NCBI GenBank assembly: GCA_033763455.1
Contig: JANRKO010000006.1
Coordinates: 224,001 to 288,000, forward strand
Reading direction: 5' to 3'
Source: Polyangiaceae bacterium
Lineage (GTDB): Bacteria; Myxococcota_A; Polyangia; Polyangiales; Polyangiaceae
DNA length: 64,000 nucleotides
This document shows positions 62,768 through 64,000 of this stretch, piece by piece (position 1 is the stretch's first letter; every line of letters starts with the position of its first letter). Under the pieces are notes generated by a model. That model worked only from the letters and a program-made list of their open reading frames with translations, made no database searches and was not told where the DNA came from. Position numbers and translations under genes: made by a program.

Positions 62768-64000
62768 ATGCGCTGGAAGATTATTGCAGTCAACGCCATC
62801 ACCATGCTCCTCATTGGGCTTGGTATCTTCGGCCTGCTTATGAAATCTCTCTCTCGGGTGGTCTCAGATCCGGGAGCGCGTAAGCAGGAGGTTTCTAGGG
62901 CTTTGCGCTCGGCCAACGCGCAGCTCGCGCTAGACGCATCCAGGCTGGAACGCTGGCTAGCGGTCAATTCAGGCAAGGATGCGATCCGGTCTGTCTTCGC
63001 CGCAGGCACCGAAAGCGCCCGCCAGGATAGCGCTTCGAAGCAAGCGGATGAGCTAAGCGGAGCGATTTCGGCCGACCCGGGGCTCGATAAGATGGCCGCC
63101 TCGTTAGTGCTGTTCGCGGATGCGCAGGGCGTGGTGTTGGGCAAGAACGGCTCGGCGTTAATGCGCGGGGAGAAGCTTGCGGACATCTATCCAACCCTGA
63201 AGAGTGTTCTATCGAAAGGTTTGCCCACGGCCAGTGAGGTTTGGCTCAATCGTGAACGCAACGAGCAGTTATTGGTCGCCTACGCGGCGGTGCGTGCTGA
63301 GGACGGTGCGGTCCTCGGGGCCGTTGTTGCTGGGATGCCTCTAAACGACGAACGGATGCTTCGTACGAGCGATCTAACCAGCGGGTTGAGTTTGGCAGCG
63401 GCAGTGCCAGGGCCCAAAGGGTTGGAGTTAGTTGCACATAGCAGTAGCGCCTCACGTGAGGTGATGGCTTCGGCGAACTCTCCTGAGATCCTCGCGGCAG
63501 CCGTTGCCGCTCAGAAGACATCCAGCTTGAGCGTCTCGGACGCCGTGATTAACGGTTATGTCTACGGAGCCTCTCCAATCCAAGGCTATGGGTCGACTCC
63601 CTTGGTGCTTCTTGCCGCGGTGCCCGTCGCACTTGTTCCTGATTTTCTGAGCTCGCTAGGAGTTCCCATCCTCGGCATGACGCTGCTCGGTTTGGTTTTG
63701 GTCGTGGCTGGTGGGTTCCTATTGGGCAACTACATCTCGCGCCCAATTTCCGAGCTGGAGGATGGTTTGCTGGCCATCATGAATGGGAACAGCGACTTGC
63801 GATTTCAGATCGAGCATGCGGAGTTGGGTGGCCTAGTATTTCGTATCAACTCGCTTCTGAATACCCTCATGGGGGTCGCCGAAGACGACACCGACGAGCA
63901 GGGCCGTCCTTCCCAGGCACCCTCATCAAAGGCATTTTCGGAAGCCCTCAGCGTGGACGAAAGCTCGGCTCTGGCGCAGCAAACGGATCCACAAGTGGCT
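62768..64000 (+). CDS. Membrane protein TM-Cache-like-TM-HAMP (resembles the myxobacterial MXAN_5187 family); 3' truncated; absent from ORF track
   Basis: Manually translated open frame of 411 codons from MRWKIIAVN to the window end; two TMs; HAMP-like RPISELEDGL...ELGGL...IN. Confidence 0.8.
   Translation, partial: MRWKIIAVNAITMLLIGLGIFGLLMKSLSRVVSDPGARKQEVSRALRSANAQLALDASRLERWLAVNSGKDAIRSVFAAGTESARQDSASKQADELSGAISADPGLDKMAASLVLFADAQGVVLGKNGSALMRGEKLADIYPTLKSVLSKGLPTASEVWLNRERNEQLLVAYAAVRAEDGAVLGAVVAGMPLNDERMLRTSDLTSGLSLAAAVPGPKGLELVAHSSSASREVMASANSPEILAAAVAAQKTSSLSVSDAVINGYVYGASPIQGYGSTPLVLLAAVPVALVPDFLSSLGVPILGMTLLGLVLVVAGGFLLGNYISRPISELEDGLLAIMNGNSDLRFQIEHAELGGLVFRINSLLNTLMGVAEDDTDEQGRPSQAPSSKAFSEALSVDESSALAQQTDPQVA

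Overview
This is a gene-dense core-chromosome segment of a myxobacterium, most likely Polyangiales/Polyangiaceae-like (inferred from gene content and protein style; GC is moderately high by eye, not computed). Housekeeping genes are dnaG-rpoD, atpD-atpC-rsmA, mutS, hrpB, polA, ihfA-MerR-ssb, pilC plus a PilS-like kinase, MlaC, frr, a PP2C phosphatase, a cystathionine gamma-lyase/synthase, tRNA-His(GUG) and an HDAC. These are interspersed with many envelope proteins of unknown function. I see no CRISPR array, integrase, transposase, prophage, rRNA or recognisable defence system. Three real genes are missing from the ORF track: a partial lipoprotein at 1..117, a 59-aa protein at 16647..16826 and a sensor-type membrane protein at 62768..>64000. 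The best leads are: (i) a small-protein gene followed by two large Cys-rich beta-propeller lipoproteins that run into mutS; (ii) an FKBP lipoprotein with a CHRNHCHH (CX4CH) motif, lying tail-to-tail with a DUF3526 ABC system and behind a hairpin-rich leader; (iii) a flavoprotein resembling eukaryote-type UDP-galactopyranose mutase plus a polyprenol-P glycosyltransferase, translationally coupled to polA; (iv) apparent pseudo-enzymes (a Cys-less thioredoxin fold and an SDR lacking YxxxK); and (v) repeated break-up of canonical operons. All family assignments come from motif recognition only; no searches were run.
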